Positions 36,673-50,475 of a stretch of 64,000 bases of DNA are shown here, piece after piece. The notes beneath the pieces are model-generated. The model ran no database searches, was not told the DNA's origin, and saw only the letters and a program-made list of their open reading frames with translations. Origin of the DNA: Chiloscyllium plagiosum (taxonomy: Eukaryota). How positions within the stretch are numbered: position 1 is the first letter of the stretch; each line of letters begins with the position of its first letter. The position numbers were made by a program, and so were the translations under genes. The stretch is taken from positions 19,430,535 through 19,494,534 of the forward strand of contig NC_057751.1 of assembly GCF_004010195.1 (NCBI RefSeq), in the 5' to 3' direction.

Positions 36673-39176
36673 TAATTTATCGCTGACAGCTTGGAGCCAT
36701 GTGTAGGCCAGGCCATGTAATGATGGCAGCTTCCTTCTCTAAAGGACATTTGTGAACCAGATTTCCCTGACAATCAGCAACAGGGTCATGGTCACCATTC
36801 GACTCTTAATTCCAGATTTTAAAAAAATTAATCCAAATTCCACCATCTGCAGGGTTTGAAGCTAGGTCCCTAGAACATTACCTGAGTCTCCAGATTAATA
36901 ATCTACTTATAATATCACTCTGCCATTGTCTCTCTGTAAATCATTGAAGTAGTTGATGATTAGGCCAAGGACACTGTCTTGAGGGACTGGGACCCTCTTG
37001 TGGCACAGTGATAGTGTCCCTATCTCTGGAGCAAGTGACTTGGGTTCAAGTCCTGTCTGCTCCAGAGGTATATAGTAACATCTCTGAACAGGTTGCTTTG
37101 AAAAATAGGTTTGAAAAAATAAATTTTAATAGAAATTGCTGCAGGAGTTCCTCAGGATGTACTGGAGCTGAGATAATTAATCTTATGGTTTAATGATACT
37201 ATTAATACTACTAATGCATTGCTTCTGTCTGACCTACTTGTCCACCTAATTTTTAAGCCCCCACGTGATAGTGACAGTTGGTTTAAGAATGAAAATGCAG
37301 CTGTGGCAGAGGCACGCAGAAGTCCCACTTCAGTAGAATTGATTTAAACTTGTCTCATGTAGAACCTCGCAAAACCACTTGATTTAGATGAAGGAAATAC
37401 TTGCAGCTGAGCCAATTGTATAAGCATTCTCTATCTCCCCATCAGCATCTGCATTCTAGCACATGGATCCCAAGTTAGACCTCTCCAGGTAGCTGAGAGT
37501 GTGACCTGAGAGGTCCTCTTTTTGTGCTCCTTCTGTAGTAATACCTGCAAGTAATCAAAATGAAGGAATATTGGCCATCTTGGCACAGAGATCTATTTCT
37601 CCATCACCACAGTATTCCACGTAATTGGGAAGCTAAAGCCTTAAATACACTGCAGCTGTTATCAAACTCCGTGGAAGCAAGCTAGAGGCCAAACTTTTCA
37701 AGCCAATTGCCCATTTGAAATGGGGGAGGAGGCAGTGCGGAAGAGAGGAATTCCTAGTACAAAGTTAGCACAGAAGCTTACACAATGAATCACTTGACCT
37801 AAATTTGCAATTTACTCAAAACTGAAACTATTAAGTCCAACTGAATTGACTAGTTTTCAGAGCATTATTTTTTGAAATGGAACTAAAACATGGCAGGTGG
37901 AGTGTAATGAATAGAAATGTGAAGTTGTTCACTTTGGCAGAAAGGGGAAAAATAAACTTGTTTAAATGGAGAATGGCTAATGAATTCTAAAATGCAGGAA
38001 GATCTGGGTGTTCAGTGCATGAATCACAGCAAGTTAGTATGCAAGTAATTAAGGCAAATAGAATACTTTCCTTTTATTGCAGGAGAAATTTGAGCATAGA
38101 AATGAAGATGTACTTGGTTATACAGGGCATGGAAACAGGGGTTAAAGTAAAAGTTGACAGAATGCTTATGCATACTTAAGGCTGAGATTCTTGATCAGTT
38201 GGGGAATCAATGGGGAAAGGGGAAGAATGTCGGATCAGCCATGATCCTGTTGAGCTGCAGAGCAGAATATAGGGGATATAAGCAGCCTATTCCTATTCCT
38301 TATGGCCTTTTGGTCTAGGGACATTGGTGTAGTGGTAATGCCGCTGGACTAGTAATCCGGAGGCCCAGGCTATTGCTTTGGGAACATGGATTCGAAAACT
38401 ACCACAGCATCTGATGCAGTGCAACCTCACCGATGTTATATTGGGAGCTAAATTAATGAGAGCAAGGGATCAAATGAGGGAAGATGTGATTTAAAGAGAG
38501 AAGGCAAGGAAGTAAGGTAATATTTGAAGGGAAATGATGATTTGAACATAGGATGGGACAGATCATCTGTACTGGTGAGTGCAGCAGGAGTAAAGGCGAA
38601 ATGCTATGAAAATAGCAATGTGGGAGCACATATAAATGCATGGAACATTCATAACGAAACCAATTTAACAGCCCAAATAGAAATAAATGTTTTTGCTCTG
38701 ATTGGCAGTAGAGATGTGGCTACTGTTAATTAAGATTTATGTAAGAGAGAGAGAACCAAGATATTGAATCAGTTTGATTCAGACGGAGAACAGAAATAAA
38801 GGTAGGAAGTTGCTTGGAGTAGTTTATAGATCCCATTGATTAGTAACCATATTGTGCAATGGGGTAAACCGAAATAGTGAGGACTTATGATAAAGATGCA
38901 TGATAATCATGGTGGTTTTAATTTCCATATAGACCTGATGAGCCGAGTTAACAAAGATTGCCCTGAAATTCATAGTGCTTTCAGGATAGTTTCTTTTGAG
39001 CAGCACATTACCAGAAAGCCTGCTTTCTAGAAAAGCCTGCTCTCTGGGAATGTGCAATGAAACAAAATCAGTTCATGAGCTCACAGTAAATGTGCCCATA
39101 GATAGCAGTGATCGTGACCTGTTTGAACTTAATATTCAGTTTGAGGGAGAGAACTGTGGATCTAAGATGAGTGTTT

Positions 39177-40000
39177 AGAGTCATAAAGCTGTACAGCATG
39201 GAAACAGGCCCTTCAGTCCAACTCATTCATGCTGATCAGATCTCCTAAATTAATCAAGTCCCATTTGGCCTCTGTCTCTCTCAACCCTTCCTATTCATAT
39301 ACCCGTCCAGATGTCTTTTAAATGTTGCAATTGTACCAACCTCCACTACTTCCTCTGGCAGCTCATTCCATACACACACCATCTTCTGTATGGAAAACAT
39401 TGTCCCTTAGGTCCCTTTTAAATCTTGCCCCCTCGCCCTAAACCAATGTCCTCTAGTTTTGGACTTCCACACTCTAGTGGGGAAAGACCCTGGCTATTCA
39501 CTGTATCTATGTTCCTCATGATTTTATAAATTTCTATAAGGTCACCCCTCCGCCTCTGACATTCTAGAGAATATAGTCCTAGGCTAATCAGCCTCACCCT
39601 ATAGCTCAAACCATCCAACCCTGGCATCATCCTTGTAAATCTTTTCTGAATCCTTTCAAGTTTCACAGCATCTTTCCTATGGCAAGAAGACCAGAATTGA
39701 ATGCAGAATTCCAAAAGTGGCCTAACCAATGTCCTGTACAGCTGCAACATAACCTCCCAACTCCTATATTCAGTACTCTGACTAATAAAGGAAAGCATAC
39801 CAAATGCTGCCTTCACTATCCTATCTACCTGTGATTCCACTTTCAAGGAGCTATGAACCTGCACTCCAAGGTCTCTTTGTTCAGCAACAATCCCCAGGAT
39901 GTTATCATTAAGTGTATAAGTCCCACCCTGATTTGCCTTTCCAAGATGCAACACCACCTATTTATCTAAATTAAACTCCATCTGCCAATTCTCGGCCCAT
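39177..40000 (-). mobile_element. CR1 LINE 3' fragment nested in an older, plus-strand CR1 (about 38600-41030)
   Basis: ORF 39418-39957: LHLGKANQGGTYTLN...LYRTLVRPLLEFCIQFWS...RGDLIEIYKIM. Confidence 0.85.
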
Positions 40001-41649
40001 TGAAAAACTTAAATAATAGTATGAAAACAGAACCTGCCAAAGCAAACTGAGAAATTTAGGCTAAGGGGTAAGTCAATAGAGGGAGTTCCTAACACTCAAT
40101 AAGGAATCATTCTAATGTGAATACAAGACTCTTGGGGAAAGACACTTTATGGTTAACTCAGGAAGTTGAAAGTAATAACAAATTGAAAGAAAGTGTACAA
40201 TTTAGCAAAGACTAGTATCAGGTCAGAAGATTGATAGATTTTTTTTCAAATCTTCATTATTCTTTGATTTTGAGTGAAAGCTGGTCAGAAATCGAAAAGC
40301 AGGTTTGAGGTATTTGACAAGGAAGAATAGGGAAGGTTTGGTGAATTAATACTAGTAAATGAGGAAATAGCAGATGAACTGAACAGAGTTTGTCTGTCTT
40401 CATTGTAGAGGATAGAAATAACCTCGCAGAGTAATTGTGAATAAAGAGGTGAAAGGGAGGACAGAATATATATGAACCGGAAAAGTTGAGGGATACGGGT
40501 CAATGCTGGCAAATGAGACCAGATTAATTTAGGATATCTGGTCGGCATGGATGAGTTGGACCAAAGGATCTGTTTCCATGCTGTACAGCTCTGACTCTGT
40601 TGGTATGGATGGAAGGTCAATTACCTAACAGGAAAGAAAGAAAAGGCATAAATGAATCATTTGTAGTTTGGCATGGTGAGAATAACAGGAATCTGTGCTG
40701 GGCTTTCAACTGCTGAAGAAAGGTATAAGCTATTATCTATGATGTGGATGAAGGGAACCAAGTATATGGTTGCTAAGTCTGCTGATGACTATTCATATGA
40801 CAATAAATTGAAGCTCCCTCGAGCCCTCTTCACAAAAGGAAATAGATTGAATAGTCATCCAGAAATTTGGCAGATGGAGTATAATGTGGGAAAACACAAA
40901 TTCCATTTTGGCAGGAAGAGTAAGAAAAACAGCATGTTTAAATGGAGAGATTGCAAAACTTTGCAGTATGTAGGGATTTGGGTGTACTGGTATGTAGGCC
41001 ACCATAGTTATTAAGCCAGTACAACAATCCAGAAGGAAAATATCAGTAATACTTGGAATTGAATGTGCTGGAGCTTCACTTGAATACACAAGACAAGTCA
41101 GACTGATATGCATAATTTGTGCATCTTACTACTCGCCTACCTTCTGGGAAGTGATTAGATAGGCAATTCGAAAGGTTTGTTGCCGTTTCGCAAGAGGGCG
41201 TTGAACTTAGGAAGAATGTCTTGCTTTTGATCTCTTCTGAGTTCAGACAGCACATAGCCATCCAACTGCTCTTGACTCCGCAGAGTCCCTTGCACAGAAC
41301 CTGTGTAGTTCAACTGTCTTCCCAATAGTACAGCTACTTATACACTTGTAACATGGAGTCTACATATGTCTGTTTCTCCTTCTCCCATGTATTGCCTGTA
41401 ACCTCCTGAATTGCTCTTCAGTAACCCCTGAACTTGCTTGAATGACTTATTGGAAATCTAGCAATATATCACTCCTGTATTGTTGGGCAAAATTGAATAT
41501 TGCCATGCATCAACTCTCCGAACAAAAAGCTCATAAATGTTATGAGCAGTAGATTGTTGGTTTTCTCAGTACAAGGGGTCCCCAAATAATGAGCGTCCAA
41601 CTTCGAACTTGTACTTTTGAACATGCTCTTGCTCTTTTAAAGACCCAAC

Positions 41650-42753
41650 ATACTTCTGTTGTGGGCAAAATCTTAGAGAGAATTGTAAGGGATAGGATTT
41701 ATGAACATCTGGATAGGAATAATGTGATCAAGGATAGTCAGCATGGTTTTGTGAAGGGCAGGTCGTGCCTCACAAACCTTATTGAATTCTTTGAGAAGGT
41801 GACTAAGGAGGTGGACGAGGGGAAAGCAGTAGATGTTGTGTATATGGATTTTAGTAAGGCGTTTGAGAAGGTTCCCCATGGTAGACTACTGCAAAAAATA
41901 CGGAGGCATGGCATTGAGGGTGAGTTGGAGGTTTGGATTAGGAATTGGCTGGATGGAAGAAGACAGAGGGTAGTAGTTGATGGCAAAGGTTCATCTTGGA
42001 GTGCAGTTACTAGCGGTGTTCCGCAAGGATCTGTTTTGGGACCATTGCTGTTTGTCATTTTTATAAATGACCTGGAAGAGGGGTTAGAAGGTTGGGTAAG
42101 CAAGTTTGCGGATGATACGAAAGTCGGAGGAGTTGGTGACAGTGAGGAAGGATGTGGCAGGTTACAGCAGGATATAGAGAAGCTGCAGAGCTGGGCAGAA
42201 AGGTGGCAAATGGAATACANNNNNNNNNNNNNNNNNNNNNNNNNNNNNNNNNNNNNNNNNNNNNNNNNNNNNNNNNNNNNNNNNNNNNNNNNNNNNNNNN
42301 NNNNNNNNNNNNNNNNNNNNNNNNNNNNNNNNNNNNNNNNNNNNNNNNNNNNNNNNNNNNNNNNNNNNNNNNNNNNNNNNNNNNNNNNNNNNNNNNNNNN
42401 NNNNNNNNNNNNNNNNNNNNNNNNNNNNNNNNNNNNNNNNNNNNNNNNNNNNNNNNNNNNNNNNNNNNNNNNNNNNNNNNNNNNNNNNNNNNNNNNNNNN
42501 NNNNNNNNNNNNNNNNNNNNNNNNNNNNNNNNNNNNNNNNNNNNNNNNNNNCTTTACTCAGCGAGTCGTGAGTTCATGGAATGCCCTGCCAGTAGCAGTG
42601 GTGGACTCTCCCTCATTATGGGCATTTAAGCGGGCATTGGATAGGCATATGGAGGATAGTGGGCTAGTGTAGGTTAGGTGGGCTTGGATCGGCGCAACAT
42701 TGAGGGCCGAAGGGCCTGTACTGCGCTGTATTCTTCTATGTTCTATGTTCTAT
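41650..42753 (+). mobile_element. Young 5'-truncated CR1 LINE with an open RT frame, spanning the assembly gap
   Basis: [32 protein letters not shown] and KFADDTK in one uninterrupted frame up to the gap; (TTCTATG)n tail at about 42734-42753. Confidence 0.9.
42220..42551. other. Assembly gap (332 N)
   Basis: Run of N. Confidence 1.
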
Positions 42754-43264
42754 ATGAGCATTTCCCATGTTTGGGTACGGCTGCTTTCCACTGTCCTATA
42801 TTATGTTCTGACTTGTGTACAAGTTGACTTGTGAACAGACTCCAGACGGAACCTGGGGACTGCCTTTACAAAAGATGGATACAAGTTGAGGATTTTATCA
42901 GAGTTGAGGCCACAGTTGGATCAGCCATGATCATGTTTTGATGGCTCAAGCTAGAGAGATGGAATAGCCTATTCCAGTTTATTCTTACTCAAACAGCTAT
43001 GTTTGCAATGCTCAAAGCATAAGATCACATCTAATGTTGGATACTGTGATTGGACAATATTAGTTGAACAAATCGGAGTGTGCCAATAATTACTCAAACA
43101 ATTTTAAGGTCAAGCTCATTATATGGTTTCCTTTATGTAGCTTCCAGCAAGCACTTGTTAATACGTAGAGCTCTGTCCTTGGAACATAACTAGGCTTTAA
43201 GCCTTTTTAATTACAATAAAAAGTTTGGAGAACAACTTTTTCCTGGTGCATCCCCCTTCTCATA

Positions 43265-43760
43265 GTCGGAAAGTCTTAGAGAGGTACAGCATGGAAACAG
43301 TCCCTTCAGTCCAACTCGTCCATGCCGACCAGATATCCCAACCTTACCTAGTCCCACCTACCAGCCCATATCCCTCCAAACCCTTCCTATTCATATACCC
43401 ATCAGATACTTTTTAAATGTTGCAATTGTATCTGCCTCCACCACTTCCTCTGGCAGCTCATTCCATACATGCACCACCCTCTGCGTAAAAAAGTTGCCTC
43501 TTGGGTCCCTTTTATATCTTTCCCCTCTCACCCTAAACCTATGCCCTCTCGTTCTGGACTCTCGCACCCCAAGGAAAAGACCTTGTCTGTTTATCCTATC
43601 CATGCCCCTCATGAATTTATAAACCTCTATAAGGTCACCCCTCAGCCTCCAACCCTTCAGGGAAAACAGCTCCAGCCTATTCAGCCTCTCCCTGTAGCTC
43701 AAACCCTCCAACCCTGGCAACCTCCTTGTAAACCTTTTCTGAACCCTTTCAAGTTTCACT
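43265..43760 (-). mobile_element. CR1 LINE 3' fragment
   Basis: ORF 43391-43759: KLERVQKRFTR...RGDLIEVYK...FFTQRVVHVWNELPEEVV. Confidence 0.85.
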
Positions 43761-44127
43761 CAATGCCTCCAATAATCAGTTGATTTGCCTTTTTAAAATT
43801 TGAAACTCAGGCGAATTTTTTTCTTATTTTTAAATCAAAGGGTACGAAGAGGAGTTGGAAAAGCTCTAACTAATTTACACTCATTTAGTACAGGCTAGAG
43901 GTCAATCTCCTGTGGCTTAACTACTTGCTGAACAAAATCACTGCTGCATAGATCAAGTTCCATGATAGCCTAAGTTCTGAGCTGCTATTAAGTTTGCAAA
44001 GTTCAAAAACTAGGTAATGCAAGTGTCTGAGTGTTATGTATAGATCAACTTGTTCTGAAGCAGATTGCTTTTAAAACCTATCCTTAGAATATGATCTGCT
44101 TTTTTTTCAGGTACTTAAGGGCAAAGG

Positions 44128-44252
44128 ATGGCTTTCTGGAGTGAGATAGTGAAATTGCAACAGTTCCTTCCTCAGTTCCAGGCATTGTATGCACAGCGAT
44201 TCCCCATTGAGGTCCGGCACTACCTTGCTGAATGGATAGAACAGCAGCCATG
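44128..44252 (+). CDS. STAT6: STAT6-like, first coding exon (exon starts at 44111): [42 protein letters not shown]
   Basis: STAT N-domain signature [18 protein letters not shown]; acceptor tttttttcag at 44101-44110; donor TG|gtcagt (phase 2 within the Trp codon, as in STAT genes). Confidence 0.85.
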
Positions 44253-44936
44253 GTCAGTCAATGGAGTAATAACATTCGCGACTGCTCTCCTGTTGTGGTT
44301 CTAAGCAAACGAAATGACTTCAGAAGTCTATTAATCAAGTAACAATTTCACAGCTTTTAAATAGATGCATTATTATAATCCCCACTGCTTCTGTTGGGAG
44401 TTAACACCAACACACCCACTCTTTAAGTGTTGGTTGATGTATCTTTTAAAACTCTGAAAGAGAGCAGCAACAGGAAATGACTGTGGTCAGGGTTGAAATG
44501 GCAGTTGAATAAGGCTGTCTGTAATGATAAAGACCATCCTTGTTAACAGAGGACTGGCAGTAGTAAACATAGTTACAACCTGGCAGCATTCCATTGCCAT
44601 TATATTCTGTCCAACACTTTTAACCTGTGCCCAATGTTCACCAACAAAGAGAACAAATTTCATGACATTTGGTTTGCCACAGGAGCTGAGATCCTGTCCA
44701 TAATGAGTGCATACTACCTTGTGTTTCACTTTATTTCTCTGATCACTGTTTTGCATCAAGTCTGTTTTTTGGCTGGTTTGACTTGTGCAACTTGCACATC
44801 TGTCTGTGTGCATGCATTTTAACATGAGGCATTAGTACAGGATGTTTATTAGCAATGTTGATGTCCCACATTGACTTGTCAGCTTTCCTTTTGTTTTCCA
44901 AATAAAATGTTTCAATTTGTCTCCTGTCTTTTTAAG

Positions 44937-45078
44937 GAGTTCCATTCACATAAACCCTGCTAATGAAAGTCTTGCTCGAAATCTCTTGGAAACAATGGTA
45001 TCTGAATTACAGAAAGTGTCAAGTCGTATGTCCTATCCAGTGACACGCAAGCTCAATGAATATGCTGTTGCTCTCAAG
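44937..45078 (+). CDS. STAT6: STAT6-like coding exon 2: SSIHINPANESLARNLLETMVSELQKVSSRMSYPVTRKLNEYAVALK
   Basis: tttaag| acceptor and |gtatgc donor; 142 nt keeps the frame; resembles the STAT5/6 N-domain helices (AxxLLExxVxELQK, KLxxYA). Confidence 0.8.
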
Positions 45079-45731
45079 GTATGCTTTAGAAAACAAGTGG
45101 GAAAGTGCTTAATTTGTATTTTAACATGATTTGAATGATATGTTATAGTATAATGAATAGTATAGAATACTTGACTGTGTTTGCCTTTTAATGTCTTCAA
45201 GTGGTTCAGTTAATGTTTCTCTGAGATTCCACATTCTCATTGAAGAGGGTGGGCATCCAATCTACGAACAATGTCTGAAGTGCTGCCTAGGGCATGTTGA
45301 CTGGGCAGTGGAGCATCGAAAGCACGAATTTTTGCCCTATCACTTTAATACTTGTCAAGATTTGGCTCTGATTTGTAGGCATAGAAACTGACAATGACTA
45401 GTCACCACTGGTTATGTACTAGTAGATTAGTCTTTTGTTTGTTCCAGTTAATGCTGTCCTCTGATGCTAATTGACCTGAATACATCTGATGCATCAAGAT
45501 AAATAATGGCAAGGATAGTTGGCTGATATCTAACATACGATACTGTGCAAGCAGTGGAAGTGCATTGAGAGTATTCAGCAGTTGCCCCACTCTGAACCAG
45601 AAATGTTGACATGCCTATTTATTGAAGATGCTCATTGGCTGTTTTGCGTTACTGCATTTTCTAGGATAGACTATCAGCTATTTGATCAAAAGTCACAAAA
45701 ATAATACTTCAATTAATGTTTTATGTTTCAG

Positions 45732-45827
45732 AAAACATTTGATCAGCAGCCATTAGAACTAGTGAATATTATGAACTGTCTCTTGATGCGGGAAAATCAA
45801 TTATTCCAGGAACTTCGGCAGACTCAT
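45732..45827 (+). CDS. STAT6: STAT6-like coding exon 3: KTFDQQPLELVNIMNCLLMRENQLFQELRQTH
   Basis: tttcag| acceptor and |gtaagt donor; 96 nt, phase 0-0; matches the STAT5/6 TYD..PLELV..I...L..E motif. Confidence 0.85.
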
Positions 45828-47289
45828 GTAAGTTTTTCAACATTTTCTGAAGCTATGCCCTTTGTAGGGAAAAAAGGACTGCCACACAGTTGTCATGATG
45901 AGATTGGGAATTACGTACCCATTCATGTGTCTTCGTCATGCTAATGGTGGAAATGTTAAGTTTTTGAAAGTTTTGTAAAGCGTTCTGTTTAAGTGTGGTA
46001 TAGAAATACTTAACTCACTCTTCCCAAAAGTACAGATTTGTGCTGCAAAATGGATCCACAGATGCAGGGATATTTCTTAATATTTGCTCCAATGGCTATT
46101 CTATGTATTTGACTTTAGCGCATGTCTATTTGGCTTTGAGGAACCTTGCAGCTGATCCTGAAGTTGTCCTCACCTAATGTCCACAGATGTTACTGAATAG
46201 GATAACAAACAGAAGGCTGAATTTGTTGGTTTCCTTTTGAGGCCAGAGGGAAACTGAGCTTTAGCAGTTCTGTTTTTAAAAATTTTCTGCAGAGTCCTCC
46301 TGTGCATTCAGCAAGTACGTTGTAAAGCATTTTGACTTCACTTTGGCAGAAATGTGTTTGTCATCTTGAACATCATATTAGTAAGCAACAAGATTGGAGA
46401 TTGTCATTAGGTTGATTACCAGTAACTGCAGGGTTTTAAAAAAAATTATTCATGGGATGTGGGCATCATTTGAGCCAGCATTTATTGCCCATTTCTGGTT
46501 GTTTTTGAGAAAATGGTGCTGAGCTGCCTCCTTGAACCCCTGCAGTCCATTTGGTTTAAGTAGACCTACAATGCCATTAGAGAGAGAGTTTCACTTGTCG
46601 TAGATCTGTTTAATTCTGGAACTTTTTTTTATCATTCTGATTTCATGTTCAAGTTAACTAGGCTAAATTAATAATATCATTTGGGTAGTGAAACTTAACA
46701 CCAGTGATCAGGAACTAATACTATGAGTAGTATCATCCAGTTAAATCATTGCATTTTTTGTTTTTCAAGCTAAATAATCTAGAACCAATAAAAACCACTA
46801 AACAAGCAAGCAAACTAAGTTTTTCATAATTTTTCTGAGCCACTTGTGCTGGTCATTCCCTCCTTCCTATGGTTTTATACAGATCCAAATAACCTGTTTA
46901 TTATAAGCATATAAACACAATATGACTTCATTGCCATTTTCAAAAACAAAATGTGTAAATGTTCAAAACTGCCCACAGGAATGTTTCCCTGAACAAGGGT
47001 AATTCTTCCACATCTGTCCTAAACCTTGTAATTTGACTTAGGCCTTGGAAGATGGAAAGCATCAAATCGTGCAGAATTTGTTAACGTGTGTGAGAGAGAG
47101 ACTTGAGAATAGTTCAAACCCCACAATACAGTGTAGCACAATAATTTAGCTGCAAAATTTCAAAACAGTAGCTGAGAGGTTGAAAGGAGCAAAGGTAAAA
47201 ATAACTGCATTTTATATAGATTAAGCCTCTTTTTTTATTAATGGACTGAAGCTTTTCCCTGAATGTGGTGTGGGCCCCATTTACGCAAG

Positions 47290-47593
47290 AAGATTAGATT
47301 CCCTACAGTGTGGAAACAGGCCCTTCGGCCCAAGGAGTCCACACTGACCCTCCGAAGAGGAGCCCACCCAGACCCATTTCCCTCTGACTAATGCACCTAA
47401 CACTACGGGCAATTTAAAATGGCCAATTCACCTGACCTGTACATCTTTGGACTGTGGGAGGAAACCGGAGCACCCGGAGGAAACCCACGCAGGCACAGGG
47501 AGAATGTGCAAACTCCACACAGGCAGTCGTCCAAGGCTGGAATCGAACTTGGAACCCTGGTTCTGTGAGGCAGCAGTGCTAACCATGCCGCCC
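47290..47593 (-). mobile_element. HE1-type V-SINE
   Basis: V-domain and tail GGCCTGTTTCCACACTGTAGGGAATCTAATC on the minus strand. Confidence 0.85.
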
Positions 47594-48049
47594 TAATGGG
47601 AAATGGGCTTGACTGCTTTTTTTTTTTTTTGAAGCAGTTATGACAACCAAACAGGAGTAGCTCCAAGGAAATTCTTGGCATGCTCTTTTTCAAGTTTTAA
47701 ATGGAAAGTGAATTCTATGTGATAAGTGTATTAAGTACCATGATGGCGAGTATTGCTGAGAAAAGACACATTCTTTCAAAACTCTCTGAATTGCACCCAG
47801 CAGGACATTTGCAAGAGTACCAGTGTAATGGGTAACAACATTTTAAGAACATGAGCTAAATAAAAGGAGAGTGCTGATTGTTTGGCAAGTGGGCTGCAAT
47901 AGAGAAGTCATTAATTAGGCAGTGACTAACTGTGACTGCCAAATTTTGTTTAAACTTAAACCAGGCAAGTGGACTCGAGTCAACTGGATCTGAAGGAGTG
48001 AACCAGAGAATGCGGCTGTCATCTGTTTCGAAAGTTGAAGTAGACTTTT

Positions 48050-49141
48050 TATGAAGTTGTGGATTTGTTCGCCGAGCCGGTGTGTTTTTCTGCAAATGTT
48101 TTGTCGTCTCGCTAGGTGACATCATCGGTATGCCTTTGTCATCATTAGACATCCACAACTGGAAGAAACCCATCATCACATCCTCCCCGGAATAAAGTTC
48201 ACTAAAAAAGAGGCAAACAACAGCAGACTACCCTTCCTGGAGGTATTAGTGGAACATGCACCTACCGGGGAACTCCAGACCGGTGTGTACAGAAAGAACA
48301 CCCATACTGAACTATAACAGCAATTGCCCCAGTCCCCACAAGCAGAGCTGCATTAGGATGTTCTTTAAATAGGCAAAATCACACTGCAGCCACCCAGAAC
48401 TCCAGAAGGCAGAAGAGGAACCTCTATTCAAAGGATTTAAACGAAACAATTACCCCAAGAGCACTATCCTTCAGTACCTACAGGGCAAACCCAAAGAGGA
48501 AATTACCACACTCCCAGACACAATAGTGACCATACCATACATCAAAGACCTGTCGGAGATAATTACCTGACTACTAAGTCTCCTGGGAATCTTAGTGACC
48601 CACAAACCAGTGAACGCCTTCCATCAGCTACTCCCAAAGGTTAAAGACCCAATACCCACGTCCAACAGGATGAACGTTCTCTCCAAGATACCCTGCAAAG
48701 ACTGTGAAAAACACTTGAAGGACAAACTGGAAGAAAACTGACCATACAAGTGCATGAACATCAGCTCACCACTGCCAGAAATGACCAGTACACTCTCTCA
48801 TTTCCAATCACACGGGCAGCGTAAAACACACATTCAACTGGGAAGATGTAACTATCCAAGCATAGGTAAAACGGAGACGCCAGAGAATTCCTTGAAGCCT
48901 GTCACTCCAACTGGAACTCAATCAATAAACACGTTGAACTGGACCCCGCATATAAACCACTCCGATACAGAACCAGCAGTACCAACAAATCCAGGTGGGA
49001 CAGAGCACCACCACCTTATCAAAGCAGCACTGACTAGGTTACCCAGCGAGGTGACGAAACGTCTGCAGAAAAACACTCTGGCTCGGCAAATGAATCCACG
49101 ACTTCATCCACAACTCAAGCTACAAATCTTCTCAAGAACTC
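48050..49141 (+). mobile_element. 5'-truncated Penelope element (RT thumb + GIY-YIG) with an inverted terminal copy at its 5' end
   Basis: IKFTKKEANNSRLPFLEV, VYRKNTHT, TIPYIKDLSE, KIPCKDC and GQTGRKL..VHEH; 48050-48133 is inverted relative to 49027-49107; hammerhead-like motif at 49030-49063. Confidence 0.85.
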
Positions 49142-49896
49142 TAAAGACTATGCGCATGTTCTTGCTGTCTGTAAAGAACAGAGCCCTGAGTATTTGCATA
49201 TATAGTTTCCAGTATGTCCAAATGCACCACACTGCAAGTCCAACTATCATAAATACATTGTCTGAGTAATTCTTAAAAGTACGCACTAAAGAGCATTTTA
49301 CATATTTTGTCTGGTTGCACATCTAATGTTGGTCATTGTTTTGAGCTTCTCAAACGTGGAGTAGCTAGGTACAGTAAGTACTTGAACCATTGCAAATGGC
49401 TAAAGAACAGGTTATTTGACATTCTTTGCCAGTTTTTGGAATGTACTTCCTGCTTACCTTATCATACTGGTGCTGAAAGTTACATACCATGTTGCTATCT
49501 TTTTGGTTTAAGAGCACCATTACTGATGCTGCATGCTAGCAGCATGTTGTTTCAACTATATCGTAGGCAGACTGCCTTTTTGGCTTGTCGGGGGCATCTT
49601 GTTAACAGTAAACTTTTGTGTTGCTACATTTCCAGAGTAAACCTGAAAAGTGTCCAGTATAACTCATTACCCTCGAAGAGCAAGATATCTCAAAAACTTA
49701 AACAACAGGTGGAGGTAGCTGTTTCATGTTCCTATTATGCAGCAGCAACATGAGCGGTGTTCACCACTAATTGTTGTCAAGCTAAAAAGACATTCTGTCT
49801 ATCACATTAACACGGTATTTAAATTCCGTGCCAGTGTGATGCTAGGTAAGAAGTTTGTACGTCCCAAAAAACTGGCTGACTGTATAAATCAACATG

Positions 49897-50475
49897 GCTG
49901 ACGAAGGACTTTTGCCCGAAACGTTGATTTTCCTGCTCCTCAGATGCTGCCTGACCTGCTGCAGTCCACCTGCTGTGGGTTGACCCACAATGCCATTAGG
50001 GAGGAAATTCTAGGAATTTGACCTAGCAACATTGAAGGAACGGTGATATTTCCAAGTCAGGGCGGTGAGTGGCTTGGAGGGGAACTTGGTGGTGTTCCCA
50101 TGTATCTGCTGTACTTGTCCTTCTAGATGGAAGTGGTGTGGGTTAGGAAGGTGGTGTCTGAGCGTCTTGCAAATAGTAGTACACGCTGCTGCTACTAAGT
50201 GTTGGTGGTGGAGGGAATGGATGTTTGTGGATGTGGTGCCAATCAAGTGGGCTGCTTTGTCCTAGATAGTGTCAAGCTTCTTGAGTGTTGTTGGAGCTGT
50301 ACCCATCAAGGCAAGTGGGGAGTATTCCATCACACTCCTGACTTGGGCCTTGCAGATGGTGTACAGGCTTTGGGGAGTCAGGAGGTGAGTTACTCACCAC
50401 AGTATTCCTAGCTTCTGACTTGCTCTTGTAGCCACTGTGTTTATGTGGCGAGTCCAGTTGAGTTTCTGGTCAATG
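49897..50475. mobile_element. PLE family B fragment (+, 49897-49960) abutting a minus-strand CR1-group LINE fragment
   Basis: CTGACGA-A-GGAC-TTTT-GCCC-GAAACGTT, followed by the reverse complement of about 25680-26210. Confidence 0.7.

Noticed and set aside
44101..44116. AG|GT at the start of the ATG exon as a recursive splice site
   Set aside because: GTACTT is a poor match to the donor consensus, and there is no transcript evidence.
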